Origin: a virus | Virus record (IMG/VR): IMGVR_UViG_3300028581_000020 | Coordinates: 1-64,000 of that record | DNA: 64,000 nucleotides | Strand: one strand, 5' to 3' | Shown here: positions 62,087 to 64,000 of the stretch, in pieces | How the letters are laid out: each line of letters starts with the position of its first letter | How positions within the stretch are numbered: the first letter of the stretch is position 1 | Program-made: the position numbers and the translations under genes | Notes under the pieces: model-generated | What the model was told of the DNA's origin: nothing | The model's input: the letters and a program-made list of their open reading frames with translations, nothing else | Database searches by the model: none

Positions 62087-64000
62087 TTAGTTTCCGACCC
62101 TCTCGACGTTGAAATAAGTATTTGCAGTAGTTCCCGAAATTGTGAGTGTGCTTGCCGAGTTGTTTCCAAGGCCGTATAGGAAGATTTCAACGTAATCCCC
62201 AGCATTCAACTGAAGCGTCGTGCTTCCATTGAACGCGTTGATTGTCGTTGCGGCAGATGTTCTGTACCCAAACAGACGAGCGGACGCTCCGTTTTTGTAG
62301 AGGTAAAGCCCGTAATCAGATGCGAGCACGTTAGCTGAGGCGAGCAGGACTGCGGAGCTTATGCGGTACTTACCCGATACGGGTGCAGTGAATCTGCTGT
62401 TTGCTGAGCTAAATGATCCGGTCGTGTCAAACACTGCGGAAGAAAAAGCTACCTTAACGAAACTATTATTCGTCGCGATCCCTGTTTGGTTAGACCCTCC
62501 AAGTGTTGCATCCATCGCGACTGTTTCACTCGCCGCGATCTGCGACGGGCCGGAGATACGCGAGATTGAGAAGTAGTTGTCAACAACACTACCTCCGACA
62601 TTCAATGCTCCACCTGAGTTTTGGAAAACTTGAATCCCTACCGTGTCCCCTGCATTGAACAAATATTCTGTTGCACCATTCAAAAACGTACCTGCAGAAG
62701 CCGTAGGGTCGAATATGTATGCCAGTGTGCGGATATTGCTTCCGTTTACACGCAGACGAACCTCACGACCGTTCGTCGAGCTTGCGGCAAAACTTACTTG
62801 AGTCGTAATCCTATACCAGCCGGGGACTGGAATCGTGTAGAGACTTGTACCGGTATTCCAAGCCCCGTGCGTGTCGCTGATTGCGGCATCGAACGCTACG
62901 AGTGTTCCGGTGCTGTCTGGAATTGACTGAGTGGCTGCGCGGCCTGTAGTCATTGCCACGACGCGAGTGTCCGTCTCAGACGACATCTGCACTTGAGACG
63001 ACCATCCGGTGATGGGGACGAGGAAAGATCCGCCAAAAACCGTGTTGTTGGCCCAAGCCGTCCCTAACGTGCCATTGAAATAATTATCTGCCTGTTGGCT
63101 AATGATTGCGACCGTTGTTGGAGAACCTGTGGCTACGAGAATATTGCCTGACCATGGGGTTTTAGATGCGGTAAGCGCCCCCACAACAGAGTTGTTTACG
63201 GCTCTAGTTATGTCCATAGAAAGGCCGCTTGGCAGCGAAATAGAAACTGGTGATCCAGAATTTGTTCCAGAAGTAACTGTAAACATGACTTCAAGAGAAT
63301 CACCTACGCGCCGATACTTGGCGATAGATGCAGAAACAGTTCCTAGGCCAACGTATGTCGGAGTGTAGCTCTGCCAGTCCGTGACTGGCGTTCCCTGCGT
63401 GATGATCTGCGGAGAGACGCGGACGTCGGATAGCGCCATCGTGTAGGCGGATGCCGACGTGCTGCCAACGTGGATACAGAGGCGGTAGCTGGTCGAGTTA
63501 GAGGCTGCCTGGAAAGTGCCTCTCCAACTTTGTTGAACAGTGGTGCTTTCAATCGAAGAAGGGGCCGGTTGAATCAAAATCGAGTTGGTAACATCGTAGA
63601 TCCAGACCGAAAGATCGCTCGTGGCGTAAGTCCCGCTGACTACCTCGTAGGGGAACGTAATTTGCAGGACTTTACCTTTGTCGGAATTATCAATCGTGAA
63701 TGCATTCGAGACCCCGTTGCCTTGCCGGTTGTTTGCATCCTTGACGAGGTTGAAGTCAGCTCCCGGACGAAGCGGCGTTGTGGTCGAGCGCGAGATCGCA
63801 AACGTAGGGCTACCGCCCGTGCAATCGACCGGAGAGCTGGCTGCCGAATCAGCATACCCCGCCCATCCGAGAGTATCTTTTCTAGCGTAGGCGTTTTTTA
63901 TGTAGTTGCGGGAAGAGCTTGATCCGCTGTCGAGGAAATCTGCATCTAAAAACCTAGGGGTTTGCGCAAACGTAGTGCTCGCCCCAAGGGCTGCCGCTGC
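62087..64000 (-). CDS. Fibre/receptor-binding-like protein with two C1q-like C-terminal domains, 5'-truncated
   Basis: I translated the frame to the window edge with no stop. YTIPVPGWY and FTAPVSGKY...LNAGDYVE repeats. Confidence 0.75.
   Translation of the reverse strand, partial: AAAALGASTTFAQTPRFLDADFLDSGSSSSRNYIKNAYARKDTLGWAGYADSAASSPVDCTGGSPTFAISRSTTTPLRPGADFNLVKDANNRQGNGVSNAFTIDNSDKGKVLQITFPYEVVSGTYATSDLSVWIYDVTNSILIQPAPSSIESTTVQQSWRGTFQAASNSTSYRLCIHVGSTSASAYTMALSDVRVSPQIITQGTPVTDWQSYTPTYVGLGTVSASIAKYRRVGDSLEVMFTVTSGTNSGSPVSISLPSGLSMDITRAVNNSVVGALTASKTPWSGNILVATGSPTTVAIISQQADNYFNGTLGTAWANNTVFGGSFLVPITGWSSQVQMSSETDTRVVAMTTGRAATQSIPDSTGTLVAFDAAISDTHGAWNTGTSLYTIPVPGWYRITTQVSFAASSTNGREVRLRVNGSNIRTLAYIFDPTASAGTFLNGATEYLFNAGDTVGIQVFQNSGGALNVGGSVVDNYFSISRISGPSQIAASETVAMDATLGGSNQTGIATNNSFVKVAFSSAVFDTTGSFSSANSRFTAPVSGKYRISSAVLLASANVLASDYGLYLYKNGASARLFGYRTSAATTINAFNGSTTLQLNAGDYVEIFLYGLGNNSASTLTISGTTANTYFNVERVGN

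Noticed and set aside
1150-63922. Antisense and alternate-frame ORFs in the track (e.g. 1403-1900 minus, 44767-45258 plus, 59928-60530 plus)
   Set aside because: They are shadows of well-supported genes on a strongly strand-partitioned genome and carry no motifs.
1-64000. tRNA, rRNA or large ncRNA genes
   Set aside because: There is almost no intergenic space and I recognised no cloverleaf by eye. A tRNAscan/Infernal run would be needed to exclude them fully.

Overview
This is a 64 kb slice of a gene-dense, AT-rich dsDNA bacteriophage genome, probably podovirus-like (inferred from ejection-protein, GNAT, adaptor and nozzle-like genes). The + strand (1-44.4 kb) holds early and middle genes: a MoxR AAA+/vWA pair, nrdA, nrdB, an intein-interrupted RNA ligase, thyX, ERF, primase-helicase, a split family-B DNA polymerase, glycosyl/nucleotidyl transferases, IMPDH/GMPR, dut, several proteases and HNH nucleases. 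The - strand (44.4-64 kb) holds virion genes. The most striking feature is a family of about 40 small, otherwise diverse ORFs between 1 and 35.3 kb that all end in the same 14-residue C-terminal tag, K-x3-[IVT]-x2-E-[VIL]-x2-[LI]-L-x-stop (typically ...EVKDLLK*). The tag is conserved as protein despite heavy synonymous variation and is grafted onto unrelated domains. It also occurs as tag-only micropeptides and remnants. Its DNA doubles either as the Shine-Dalgarno plus stop/start overlap for the next gene or as a sigma70 promoter for a near-leaderless transcript. I read this as a candidate undescribed modular tag/adaptor system; the binding partner is unknown and the phage AAA+/vWA and protease genes are candidates. 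Counts are manual and family calls come from motif recognition, not database searches.
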